The translations under genes and the position numbers were made by a program. The notes under the pieces were generated by a model that was not told the DNA's origin, ran no database searches, and worked only from the letters and a program-made list of their open reading frames with translations. From an uncultured Prevotella sp. (lineage in GTDB: Bacteria > Bacteroidota > Bacteroidia > Bacteroidales > Bacteroidaceae), in assembly GCA_900314455.1 (NCBI GenBank), contig OMVI01000040.1:3821-67820 (forward strand): DNA of 64,000 nt, read 5' to 3'. Below, in pieces: positions 1-10,200 of this stretch (position 1 is its first letter; each line of letters begins with the position of its first letter).

Positions 1-1
1 T

Positions 2-1396
2 CGCAAGCGCACACTTATCCTCAGTGATATATTCCAAAGTGGATTGACTGACGAAGAGTTGTACAGCGAGGTCGCAGACTTGTGCAAAAAGCGTGGTGTA
101 GAGAAGTTCATTGGCATTGGCAAGCACCTTCTTGCAAATCAGAAGTTCTTTGAAGGCATACCCGAAAAGAATTTCTATGCCGATATGAATGAGTTTATCA
201 GGAGCAAGGAGTTCAGTAATCTTCATGACGAGGTAATACTTCTGAAAGGCGCTCGTAACTTTGGCTTCGACCGTCTGACTGACTTGCTGGTTAAGAAAGT
301 TCACGAGACAGTACTTGAAGTGAACCTTGGCGCAGTGGTGAAGAACCTAAACTGGTATCGTTCCTTCATGAAGCCGGAGACTAAACTCGTCTGTATGATA
401 AAGGCTGATGCATACGGAGCCGGTGCTGTCGAGATTGCCAAGACTCTCCAAGACCATCGTGTCGATTACTTGGCAGTGGCTGTTGCCGATGAGGGCGTTA
501 CCCTTCGCCGCAATGGTATCACGGCAAATATCATGATAATGAACCCGGAGATGTCTGCATTCAAGACGATGTTCGACTACGACTTGGAACCGGAAGTCTA
601 TTCGTTCCGCCTGCTTGATGCTCTTGTAGCTGCTGCACAGCGTGAGGGAATTACCGGATTTCCTGTTCATATTAAGCTTGACACGGGCATGCATCGCCTC
701 GGCTTCGACCCAGTACATGACATTGATAAGCTCATTGAGCGTCTGAAACATCAGAATGCTATAATTCCACGCTCGGTGTTCAGCCATTTCGTCGGCTCAG
801 ACAGTGACGGCTTCGATAACTTCTCAGAGCATCAGTTCGCTTTGTTCGATACTGCCAGCAAGAAACTTCAAGGTGCATTCAAGCATAAGATCCTTCGTCA
901 TATCGACAATAGTGCAGGCATTGAGCACTTCCCGCAGTATCAGTTGGATATGTGCCGCTTAGGTCTCGGCCTCTATGGAATAAACAGCCGCAACAATGAA
1001 ATTATAAATAATGTGTCGACTTTGAAGACAACAATACTGCAAATGCGCAATGTGCCGAAGGGAGATACTGTAGGTTACAGTCGTAAAGGAACGATTGAGC
1101 ATGACAGTGTTATAGCCGCCATTCCTATTGGATATGCTGACGGACTGAACAGGCATCTCGGCAATCGTCATTGCTACTGTCTCGTGAATGGCAAGAAAGC
1201 AGAGTATGTCGGCAATATCTGCATGGATGTGGCAATGATTGATGTCACTGGAATTGACTGTAAAGAAGGAGACAGCGTCGAAATCTTTGGCGACGACCTT
1301 CCGGTGACGGTGCTCAGCGATGCTCTTGATACAATTCCTTATGAGGTTTTGACGACAATTTCGAATCGAGTAAGAAGGGTTTACTTCCAAGACTAA
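2..1396 (+). CDS. alr: Bifunctional MurF/alanine racemase, 5'-truncated by the window edge
   Basis: The frame is open from position 2 (RKRTLILSDIFQSG...). A MurF C-terminal-like segment (ILLKGARNFGF) is followed by Alr motifs MIKADAYGAG (PLP lysine), HIKLDTGMHRLG, VGYSR and GNICMD. Confidence 0.93.
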   Translation, partial: RKRTLILSDIFQSGLTDEELYSEVADLCKKRGVEKFIGIGKHLLANQKFFEGIPEKNFYADMNEFIRSKEFSNLHDEVILLKGARNFGFDRLTDLLVKKVHETVLEVNLGAVVKNLNWYRSFMKPETKLVCMIKADAYGAGAVEIAKTLQDHRVDYLAVAVADEGVTLRRNGITANIMIMNPEMSAFKTMFDYDLEPEVYSFRLLDALVAAAQREGITGFPVHIKLDTGMHRLGFDPVHDIDKLIERLKHQNAIIPRSVFSHFVGSDSDGFDNFSEHQFALFDTASKKLQGAFKHKILRHIDNSAGIEHFPQYQLDMCRLGLGLYGINSRNNEIINNVSTLKTTILQMRNVPKGDTVGYSRKGTIEHDSVIAAIPIGYADGLNRHLGNRHCYCLVNGKKAEYVGNICMDVAMIDVTGIDCKEGDSVEIFGDDLPVTVLSDALDTIPYEVLTTISNRVRRVYFQD

Positions 1397-1411
1397 GGAA
1401 GTTTAGAATAT

Positions 1412-1500
1412 AGAAAGAATGAAAGAATGAAATGCATTGATAACGCATGGATTTCTTTCATTTTTCATTTTTTATGATATTTCATTGTTTCATTCTTTCT
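1412..1500. repeat. 22-bp inverted repeat built from 8-mer (GAAAGAAT) units
   Basis: AGAAAGAATGAAAGAATGAAAT (1412-1433) and ATTTCATTGTTTCATTCTTTCT (1479-1500) are reverse complements with 1 mismatch. Confidence 0.75.
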
Positions 1501-1519
1501 TTCATTAATTTTTTTTTAT

Positions 1520-1527
1520 TATCTTTG
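1520..1527 (+). promoter_or_regulatory. Bacteroidota sigma-A -7 element for the gatC-kduI-exuT operon
   Basis: TATCTTTG matches TAnnTTTG, about 70 nt upstream of the ATG. Confidence 0.7.
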
Positions 1528-1598
1528 CAACCAATATGGGCTTGTTGCGTGCCCTTATCTACTAAGAACGAAAACTAAAACAAAACTAAATAGTATAA

Positions 1599-3056
1599 AT
1601 GGAACAAGTTTTTAGCTATATCATCAGCTTTGGTGCTTCGGTGATGATGCCAATCATCTTTACAATTATTGGATTGTGTATTGGCATGAAGTTCGGTAAA
1701 GCCCTTAAGTCTGGTCTCTTTGTTGGAGTAGGTTTCGTCGGCCTTGGCATAGTAACTGCATTGCTGACCGATAACTTCAGTAACCCACTTAAGGCGATTG
1801 AAGACATCTTTCGTCTAAAGCTGGATGTCTTTGATATGGGATGGCCGGCTGCAGCAAGTGTTGCTTACAACACAGCGGTGGGCGCATTAATCATCCCTAT
1901 CTGCCTTTGCATCAACTTCCTGATGCTTATTACGAAGACAACTCGTACCGTTAATATCGATCTTTGGAACTATTGGCACTTCGCTTTCATAGGTGCAGTG
2001 GTTTACTTCCTTACCGGTGAGAGCCTTGCATGGGGCTACTTTGCTGCCATCGTCTGCTATATTATCACACTTGTCATGGCTGATATAACCGCCGAAAAGT
2101 TCCAGGGATATTACAATTTGCCTGGTATCTCAATTCCACAGCCATTCTGTCAGAGTTTCACCATTTTCACATGGGTTGTGAACTGGGTACTCGATAAGAT
2201 ACCAGGATTCAGCAAACTCGACATTGACGCTGAGGGATTGAAGAAGAAGTTCGGCGTTCTGGGTGAGCCAATCGTTCTTGGTGTTATCGTCGGCGGACTC
2301 ATTGCCGCAGTCGCTCACGTAGGTGACTACACTAATTTCTCAGGCTTTATGGATAAGCTTCACGAGACTCAGCCGGATGCAACGACTACTGACGGCGTGA
2401 TGAAGATAGTCAAGGATATTCTCTTCCTTGGTGTTACGATGGGTGCCGTTATGGAACTTATACCTCGAATCACTAAGTTGTTCATCGATGGACTTATGCC
2501 AATATCTGATAAGACAAAGGAACTTGTTGACAAAAAGTTCCATGGCAAGAAGGTTCACATTGGTATGAGCCCTGCTCTTGTCATAGGTCATCCGACCACG
2601 TTGGTATGTACGCTGCTTCTGATACCTACTTATATTATTATAGCAGTGTTCCTTCCAGGCAATCAGTTCTTGCCATTGGCTTCACTTGCCGGACTGTTCT
2701 ATCTGTTCCCAATTATGCTTCCGTATACCAAAGGTAATGTAGTAAAGACATTCATCGTTGGTCTCGTTGCTCTCATCGTTGGTCTTTGGTTTATCACCGA
2801 TATGGCTCCAGACTTCACAAGCGCTGCAAATCAGGTCTATGCAGCTACGCAGGACAAGGCTGCTCACGTCCCAGATGACTTTCAGGCTGGTAGTATGGAC
2901 TTCGCTTCATCACTCTTCGGCTACTGCATCTATGCAGCTATCAAGTACATAAAGTGGATTGGTGCTGGTATACTTGTTGTTATTACCGTCGCTATGATGT
3001 TCTTCAACCGCCGCGCTATCATCAGAGATGAAAAGAAGGCTGCTCAGAAAGCATAG
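1599..3056 (+). CDS. PTS galactitol-family (GatC/SgcC-like) IIC membrane component, orphan
   Basis: Polytopic membrane protein with GatC-family motifs (DMGWPAAASVAY, TRTVNIDLWNYWHFAF, PALVIGHP, PGNQFLPLASL). No IIA or IIB gene nearby. Confidence 0.85.
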   Translation: MEQVFSYIISFGASVMMPIIFTIIGLCIGMKFGKALKSGLFVGVGFVGLGIVTALLTDNFSNPLKAIEDIFRLKLDVFDMGWPAAASVAYNTAVGALIIPICLCINFLMLITKTTRTVNIDLWNYWHFAFIGAVVYFLTGESLAWGYFAAIVCYIITLVMADITAEKFQGYYNLPGISIPQPFCQSFTIFTWVVNWVLDKIPGFSKLDIDAEGLKKKFGVLGEPIVLGVIVGGLIAAVAHVGDYTNFSGFMDKLHETQPDATTTDGVMKIVKDILFLGVTMGAVMELIPRITKLFIDGLMPISDKTKELVDKKFHGKKVHIGMSPALVIGHPTTLVCTLLLIPTYIIIAVFLPGNQFLPLASLAGLFYLFPIMLPYTKGNVVKTFIVGLVALIVGLWFITDMAPDFTSAANQVYAATQDKAAHVPDDFQAGSMDFASSLFGYCIYAAIKYIKWIGAGILVVITVAMMFFNRRAIIRDEKKAAQKA

Positions 3057-3108
3057 GACAAAAAACTCAAAAACTCACTATACTAAGAAACTTAAAAACT
3101 AAAGAAAT

Positions 3109-4077
3109 ATGAAGAAAGCATTAATGACAGTAGCCGTCTGTATGTTTGCCTTTGCTGGATTTGCCCAGTGTGGGTTTAAAGGCTACGAGGTGAAGGCTGA
3201 AAATGCCTACACTAATTACAATGTTCGGTGGGCTACGGGTCCTGAGGATGCAAAGCACTACACCACCGACCGCCTGCGTAAGGAGTATCTTATAGAGAAG
3301 GTATTCGCACCAGGCGAAGTCAATTGGACCTATACTCTGTATGACCGTTTCCTCATTGGCGGTGCAGAACCTACTGCAACACCTCTGAAGCTTACGTCTA
3401 TTGCACCGTTGTATGTCGACGAAAGCAAGGGAACAAATGGCCGCAACCTGCTTGATAACCGTGAACTTGGTATCATAAACATTGGCGGTGAAGGAACAGT
3501 CACAGTTGATGGAAAGTCTTATGACCTTGGCTTCCAAGAGGCATTGTATGTCGGTCGTGGTGCTAAGGATATCGTAGTCGCAAGTAAGAACGCAGCTGAG
3601 CCAGCCAAGTTCTATCTGAATTCAGCTTGTGCACAGACTTCATACCCTACTAAGAAAGTCACTTTGAAAGAGGCTAACAATATTAAAGCCGGAAAGATGG
3701 AGGAGAGCAACGACCGTGTTATCCACCAGATGATTATCGACGGTGTAGCCGGTGTCCGCACATGTCAGCTCCAGATGGGTATCACAGAGTTGAAGCCGGG
3801 TTCTGTTTGGAACACAATGCCGGCTCATACTCACCTCCGTCGCATGGAAGCTTATATGTATTACAAGGTTCCTGAGGGACAGAAGATACTGCATATCATG
3901 GGCGAACCACAGGAGACTCGTCCTATTTGGCTGAATAACGAGCAGGCAGTTATCGCTCCGCAGTGGTCAGTACATTGTGCAGCAGGTACAAGCAACTATA
4001 CATTTATTTGGGGTATGGCCGGTGAAAACCTCGTATACACCGATATGCAAGTTGTTCCAATCCCAAGCCTTGAATAA
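3109..4077 (+). CDS. kduI: 4-deoxy-L-threo-5-hexosulose-uronate ketol-isomerase with an N-terminal signal peptide
   Basis: Motifs RELGIINIGG, CQLQMG, WNTMPAHTHxRRME, WSVH and FIWGMAGEN. The N-terminus is MKKALMTVAVCMFAFAGFA-Q. Confidence 0.92.
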   Translation: MKKALMTVAVCMFAFAGFAQCGFKGYEVKAENAYTNYNVRWATGPEDAKHYTTDRLRKEYLIEKVFAPGEVNWTYTLYDRFLIGGAEPTATPLKLTSIAPLYVDESKGTNGRNLLDNRELGIINIGGEGTVTVDGKSYDLGFQEALYVGRGAKDIVVASKNAAEPAKFYLNSACAQTSYPTKKVTLKEANNIKAGKMEESNDRVIHQMIIDGVAGVRTCQLQMGITELKPGSVWNTMPAHTHLRRMEAYMYYKVPEGQKILHIMGEPQETRPIWLNNEQAVIAPQWSVHCAAGTSNYTFIWGMAGENLVYTDMQVVPIPSLE

Positions 4078-4113
4078 CTTATAAACATAGAAACAAACAA
4101 AGATAATCCAGCG

Positions 4114-4157
4114 TTATCATCAATATGGATGTATAATTTTGATAATATTGATGATAA
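4114..4157. promoter_or_regulatory. Perfect 13-bp inverted repeat enclosing a TAATTTTG -7-like box
   Basis: TTATCATCAATAT (4114-4126) pairs with ATATTGATGATAA (4145-4157). TAATTTTG lies at 4134-4141. Confidence 0.5.
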
Positions 4158-4181
4158 TCGGTGGAGAGAAACGAATAAGAT

Positions 4182-5657
4182 ATGTCACAGATTAAACCAG
4201 CAAAAATGACAAATTATCGTTGGCTGATATGCTTTATGCTGTTCATGGCTACAACGATAAACTATATGGATCGTCAGGTTCTCTCGCTAACATACCCTGG
4301 TGACGGTGGTATTGAGGCTGAGTTCCACTGGACTGATGAGAACTATGGAATGATAACCATGGTATTCTCGTTTGCTTATGCTATCTGCCAGTTGATTTCT
4401 GGTAAAGTAATCGACTGGCTGGGAACTAAGAAAGGATATTTCACGGCTATTGGTGTATGGTCGCTCGGTGCATGTTTGCATGCCCTTTGCGGTGTTGCTA
4501 CAGAGGCCGTTTACTCAGATCAGCTCATGGCCGCATTCGGTACTACATCACTGAAGGCCGCTAATGCATTGGCAGCAACAGGAGACTTGATGGTTGCGGT
4601 GGCAACGACGAGTATGTTCTTCTTCCTCGCAGCACGTTGCGTACTTGCTCTTGGTGAGGCTGGAAACTTTCCAGCAGCTATCAAGGTTACGGCAGAATAC
4701 TTCCCGAAGAAGGACCGTGCGTTCGCAACTTCTATATTTAACAGCGGCGCATCTATAGGCGCTCTCATTGCTCCGTTCACAATTCCGGTACTTGCTAAGT
4801 ACTTCGGTTGGGAAATGGCATTCATCATCATCGGTGCTCTTGGTTTCATCTGGATGGGCTTCTGGGTGTTTGTTTACAAGAAGCCGAATGAAAATCCGCG
4901 TGTCAATGAGGCAGAGTTGGCTTATATAAACCAAGATGCTGATTCCGACGAAGACCCGACTGAGGTTACTGACGAAGGTCCGAAGATTCCGCTTTGGAAA
5001 CTGTTCACATATCGTCAGACATGGTCTTTCGTCGTAGGTAAGTTCCTTACCGATGGTGTTTGGTGGTTCTTCCTGTTCTGGACACCTGCATATCTGAAGG
5101 CACAGTTCAACATTAACCCGACCGATACACTTGGAATGGTTCTCATATTCATACTGTATCTCATCACAATGTTGAGTATTTTAGGTGGTAAGTTGCCTAA
5201 CTTCTTCATCAATAAGGGAATGAATCCATACGCTGGTCGTATGCGTGCAATGCTTATATTCGCATTCTTCCCATTGGCAGGACTTTTGGCCCAGCCTCTT
5301 GGTGACAAGTTCGGTACACCTTGGTTCCCAATCATTCTGATTGGTATTCTTGGTGCTGCACACCAGAGTTGGTCAGCTAACATCTACTCAACGGTCAGCG
5401 ATATGTTCCCGAAGTCTGTTGTTGCAACTGTTACAGGTATCGGCGGTATGGCCGGCGGTATTGGTTCGGCAGCCATCAACGGTATTAGCGGTGTACTCTT
5501 CACTTATGCTGATGAGACTCAGATGCAGCTTTTGGGCTTCACAGGTAAGCCTGCTGGATATATGATTATATTCAGTTTCTGCGCTGTTGCTTATCTTATC
5601 GGTTGGTGTATTATGAAAGCTCTCGTGCCTAAGTATAAGCCAATCGTTGTAGATTAA
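4182..5657 (+). CDS. exuT: MFS hexuronate transporter (ExuT-like, ACS family)
   Basis: Motifs NYMDRQVLS, GEAGNFPAAIK, FNSGASIGA and DGVWWFFLFW; located next to kduI. Confidence 0.85.
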   Translation: MSQIKPAKMTNYRWLICFMLFMATTINYMDRQVLSLTYPGDGGIEAEFHWTDENYGMITMVFSFAYAICQLISGKVIDWLGTKKGYFTAIGVWSLGACLHALCGVATEAVYSDQLMAAFGTTSLKAANALAATGDLMVAVATTSMFFFLAARCVLALGEAGNFPAAIKVTAEYFPKKDRAFATSIFNSGASIGALIAPFTIPVLAKYFGWEMAFIIIGALGFIWMGFWVFVYKKPNENPRVNEAELAYINQDADSDEDPTEVTDEGPKIPLWKLFTYRQTWSFVVGKFLTDGVWWFFLFWTPAYLKAQFNINPTDTLGMVLIFILYLITMLSILGGKLPNFFINKGMNPYAGRMRAMLIFAFFPLAGLLAQPLGDKFGTPWFPIILIGILGAAHQSWSANIYSTVSDMFPKSVVATVTGIGGMAGGIGSAAINGISGVLFTYADETQMQLLGFTGKPAGYMIIFSFCAVAYLIGWCIMKALVPKYKPIVVD

Positions 5658-5710
5658 TAGTGATATACCCGCCCGTGAGGGTCGGAAAACAAGAATATAC
5701 TAAGTTAATG

Positions 5711-5743
5711 GAGCGGCCTTCATTCCCGAAGACCGCTCTTTTT
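5711..5743 (+). terminator. Intrinsic terminator after exuT
   Basis: GAGCGGCCTTC/GAAGACCGCTC stem followed by a T-tract. Confidence 0.75.
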
Positions 5744-5814
5744 GTGTTTTTTATTTTGTGTCATCATTCTTTTTTACTATTTTTGTACAATAATAATTCA
5801 AACAATCTGTCTAT

Positions 5815-7269
5815 ATGGAAACAATCTTATATTTAATAGTAGGGCTCGTTATCGGCGCCGCTTTAGTTTATCTTCTGAAACGTAATGCCGCTGCGGAGGC
5901 TGTTGCCACTGTGCAGGAAAGTCTTAATAAGGAAAAGGAACAGTTTGCAACAGAGAAGTCAGCGTTGCAGCAACAGCTTGCCGTAGCTCAATCCCAACTT
6001 GAGACTGAGCGTCAGACAGCAGCCGACAAACTAGCTACGGCCAACAAAACTGCCGAAGAGAAGCTTCAGTCAGCAATGGAAGCAGCTGACGAACGCTTAC
6101 AGTCCGAACGTCAGGCAGCATCCGATAAGTTGGCAGCGGAACACAATCATGCTGAGGAACTTCGTCAGGAGCAACAGCGGCAGCATGAATCGGCAGTCAA
6201 GGCTGTACGTGAAGAAGTCTTGAACCTTGCTACCAAGATGCTCACGGACTCAAAACAGCAACTCACGACCGAAAATAAGGAGAAGATAGAGAGTCTGCTT
6301 TCGCCTCTAAAGGAACAACTCGACTCTTTCAACCGCAATGTAACAGCATCGACGAAGGAAGGCACTGCTAATAAGACTGAGATTAAAACAGCTTTTGAAG
6401 ATGCAATGAAGAAACTCCATGACGAGCAACTTCAAACCGTGAAAAGCATGCAGGAGTTGCAGGATAGAACAGTTCGTGAGCTTAAAGAGCAGACCGAGAA
6501 GATTGGCGACGATGCTGCATCGCTGACGAAAGCTTTGAAAGGAGACTCCAAGATGCAAGGCGATTGGGGTGAGATGATTCTCGACAAGACCCTTGAGGAC
6601 TGTGGGTTGGAGAAAGATAAGCAGTATTTCTTACAGGAGAACTTCAAAGACGACGATGGCAACAACTTCCGTCCCGATGCCGTTGTCGTATTTCCTAACA
6701 ACGAGCGTGCCGTCATTGACTCCAAGGTTTCACTCACAGCATATCAGGAAGCAGTGCGTACAGATGACTCGGAAGAGCGCGAGCGTCTGCTTAAGGAGCA
6801 TGTTGCATCAGTCAAGAAGCACATTGACGAGTTGTCGGCGAAGAACTACGAGAAACTTGTTCCTGGTTGCATAGGCTACGTTTTGATGTTTATCCCTTAC
6901 GAGAGCGGCTATTCCGCTGCACTGAAGACTGACCCCGGAATTCTGCAATACGCCTACCGCAAGCACATTATCGTCCTTAGTCCGTCGAATTTGCTCATGG
7001 CTTTGCAGCTAACACATACCATGTGGCAGAACTACCGCATGAATAAGAACGTGGAAGAGATACTTCGCCAGTCGAACGATTTGTACGATAAGTTCTGCGG
7101 TTTCGCTGAGACCTTCGTCAAGATTGGTGCCGATATAGAGAAACTTCGCAAGGATTACGACACCAGCCACGGTCAACTCAGCGAAGGAAAGGGCAACGTC
7201 ATCCGCCGTCTCGACAATATGAAGCAGTTGGGTATTACTCCGAAGAAGAGCATACCCGACAGCCTCTAA
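5815..7269 (+). CDS. rmuC: DNA recombination protein RmuC
   Basis: N-terminal TM helix, long coiled coil, then QGDWGEMIL, RPDAVV, VIDSKVSL and VLMFIPYE. Confidence 0.92.
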   Translation: METILYLIVGLVIGAALVYLLKRNAAAEAVATVQESLNKEKEQFATEKSALQQQLAVAQSQLETERQTAADKLATANKTAEEKLQSAMEAADERLQSERQAASDKLAAEHNHAEELRQEQQRQHESAVKAVREEVLNLATKMLTDSKQQLTTENKEKIESLLSPLKEQLDSFNRNVTASTKEGTANKTEIKTAFEDAMKKLHDEQLQTVKSMQELQDRTVRELKEQTEKIGDDAASLTKALKGDSKMQGDWGEMILDKTLEDCGLEKDKQYFLQENFKDDDGNNFRPDAVVVFPNNERAVIDSKVSLTAYQEAVRTDDSEERERLLKEHVASVKKHIDELSAKNYEKLVPGCIGYVLMFIPYESGYSAALKTDPGILQYAYRKHIIVLSPSNLLMALQLTHTMWQNYRMNKNVEEILRQSNDLYDKFCGFAETFVKIGADIEKLRKDYDTSHGQLSEGKGNVIRRLDNMKQLGITPKKSIPDSL

Positions 7270-7289
7270 CCATTAATTTCTTATCCCCG

Positions 7290-10200
7290 CTACTTCTTGT
7301 ATTGTGACGGCATGACGCCGTACATCTCCTTAAAGTACTTCGAGAAGTAGCGGGGATTATTGAATCCCACGCTATAAGCAATCTCACTAACCGACATCTT
7401 ACTCTCACGCAACATCTGCTCGGCACGTCTGAGACGTATCTGGCGGATGAATTCCGATGGCGTACTGCCCGTTAGCGATACCAGTTTCTTGTACAACTGT
7501 ACGCGGCTCATTCCCAGATTTGATGCCATTGCCTCTACGTTAATTGTACTGTCAGACAAGTTATCGTCGACATATTGAGTTGCCTTGTCGACGAATACCT
7601 TATCGCGTGACGTAATCTCAATGTGCTTCAGCTCCGGTTTCAGCAGCTTACCCTTATCCGGTACATCGCTTGAATGGTGCCATTTCAGCAGATTGTCGAT
7701 ACGCATGTAGAGCAAGTCCATATTGAACGGCTTCGTTATATAGTCGTCTGCACCGCTCTTCATACCCTCAATCTGATGCTCTTCTGCCAATCGTGCAGTC
7801 AGCATAATGAACGGAATGTGAGTCGTAGCCTTATTCTCCTTTACCGCATGGCAAAGCTCTATACCATCCATCACTGGCATCATGACATCGCTAAGGATAA
7901 TATCAGGTTGATGCTCGCTAATACTGTCGAGTGCCTTACGCCCATTGACAGCCGTGCGGACGTAATATTTCGAAGACAATTCCTCTGTCATGAATTCGAG
8001 GAAATCAGTACTGTCATCTACCAGCAGCAGACAAGGCTTGTTCTTAATGGTTTCCGAATCGTCCTGCTCCTTTGTCGTAGAAGTCTCAGACCCACTATCG
8101 TTAACCTTCTCGCTGGCCTCCTTTTCATCCGTGTCCTGAGGCAGACTTTCCTCTATAAGTTGAGTCAGCGACGGGTCATGACGTATCGGAAGCAGAACGC
8201 TGAACACCGTTCCTCCGCCTGTGTTATCCTCTACAGTCACGTCACCGCCGTGGAGTAGGGCATAATCGTGTACAAGGTTCAGGCCAACACCTGTGCCACC
8301 ATACGGAGACGATACCTTGTTGACCATATAGAACCTCTCGAATATGTGCTTTTTATCCTTGTCGCTGATTCCTATTCCATTGTCGGCAACACGTATAACG
8401 AGCATGTCTTCTTTCAGACTTTCGTCCGAACCCTTCAGCCGCAGGGACAGTATGACATCTATTTTACCATTCTCGCCAGTGTATTTCATCGCGTTCGAGA
8501 GCAGGTTGTCTACAATCTTGCGAACCTTACCGGCATCGAATGCCATGTTGAGGCTCTCTACTTGTGTCGTAAACGTCAGCGATGTGCTCTTGCCGCCTAT
8601 TGCCTGGAATGTGTTTACAATATTACGAATATACGCAATGATGTCTGCCGAAATCAGATTCAGCTTTTCTTGGTTCTTCTCAACCTTACGGAAGTCGAGA
8701 ATTTGAGTAACCATCTCAAGCAGCCGTTGCGCGTTACGGTACACAAGTTCAAGCTTACGGTGCTTGTCCTTGTCAGTTTCCTTCTTCATCAACGACTCTA
8801 TTGGCGAGATGATAAGCATCAGAGGAGTACGGAACTCATGGCTGACATTCGTGAAGAACGTCAACTTTATATCCTCCAACTCTTTGGTCCTCTTTGCTTC
8901 ACGCTCTATCTGCATCATGCGGAATTTCTCTTTCTGCCGGCGAAGCATTAACTTTCTGCCAAACCAAAGTGCGGCTACTAATATAATAATGTATAGCAGC
9001 ATTGCCCATATTGACATATAGAACGGTGGCTTGATTGTTATTGCCAGCTCGCTGGTCTTATTGCTTACCGAACCATCGCGGTCGAGCACCTTTGCCTCCA
9101 ATGTGTAGGAGCCTGGCAGCAGGTTTGTAAACGTAACGCTGCTTTGTCCCTCTGCCGTGGTTATCCATTTGTCGGAGAATCCTTTAAGTCTATATATGAA
9201 GCGTGCTTTCTGCGGTATTGCAATCTGGTTTGAAGCCAAGTCAATGGTAAAAGCATTCTCGCCGTAGTTCAGTTTTAGCTTACGGCTGACGTCAATGCTC
9301 TCGTCCAGGATGACATGCTTATTGTATTCTTCACCAACATGAACCGGACGCCCGAACACTTCCAGTCCCGTGAAGAGCACCATTGCGTCGTTTTGCTTCT
9401 TTTTGATGCTTTGCGACGGAATGATATTTATTCCGTCCTGTCCGCCGACGATTATCTCGCCGTTGCGTGCTGTCAGAATAGAGCGGTAGTTGAACTGCCT
9501 TTCCTGCAATCCATCTAAGTTGTCGAATACCGTAGAAGTATAATCCCACGTTCCGTCCGAATTCTTCTGTACCTCCACTCTTACGACATCATGTCCGCAA
9601 ACAATCCACATGTTGTGCGCATAATCCTCGGTAACGGAGCACGAGACATAGCTCTGGACATCAGAGTGTGGCTTAATGGCATCCACCTGCTGCGTCTTGG
9701 GGTCGTAGACGTTCATTCCCGAAGCCGTGGCACACCAGATGAGCCCGCGGGAGTCGACATATATCTGATTGAAAAGCTTACTTGTAAACTTTGTGCTTTT
9801 TACATTTTCTATTTTCCCTGACTTAAGATTAAGGAACGAGAACCCCTCAGAATGAGCTATCAGAAGGTTGCCATTCTTGTCTACAGCCAACGAGTTGATG
9901 AAGTCCGACGGCAGCTTTGAGTTCGCCATACTGTAGTTTGTGTAGTGTCCCGACTTAACGTCAAGCAGCTGGACACCCGACCCCAGAGTACCAATGGCTA
10001 TTCTCCCGTCAGGCAATTGGCACAGCGCCCAGACGTTATCGTTGAGCAATCCCGACTTACCATCGGCCCGGTAGACCTTCCATTGTCCACCTTCGAAGTG
10101 TGCCATGCCACCGTTGTATGTTCCGAACCACAGCGAACCGTCTCTTGCAGTCAGTGAGCTGACGACTGTATTCATGCCTAGTCCAGTCTCTTCCATACCG

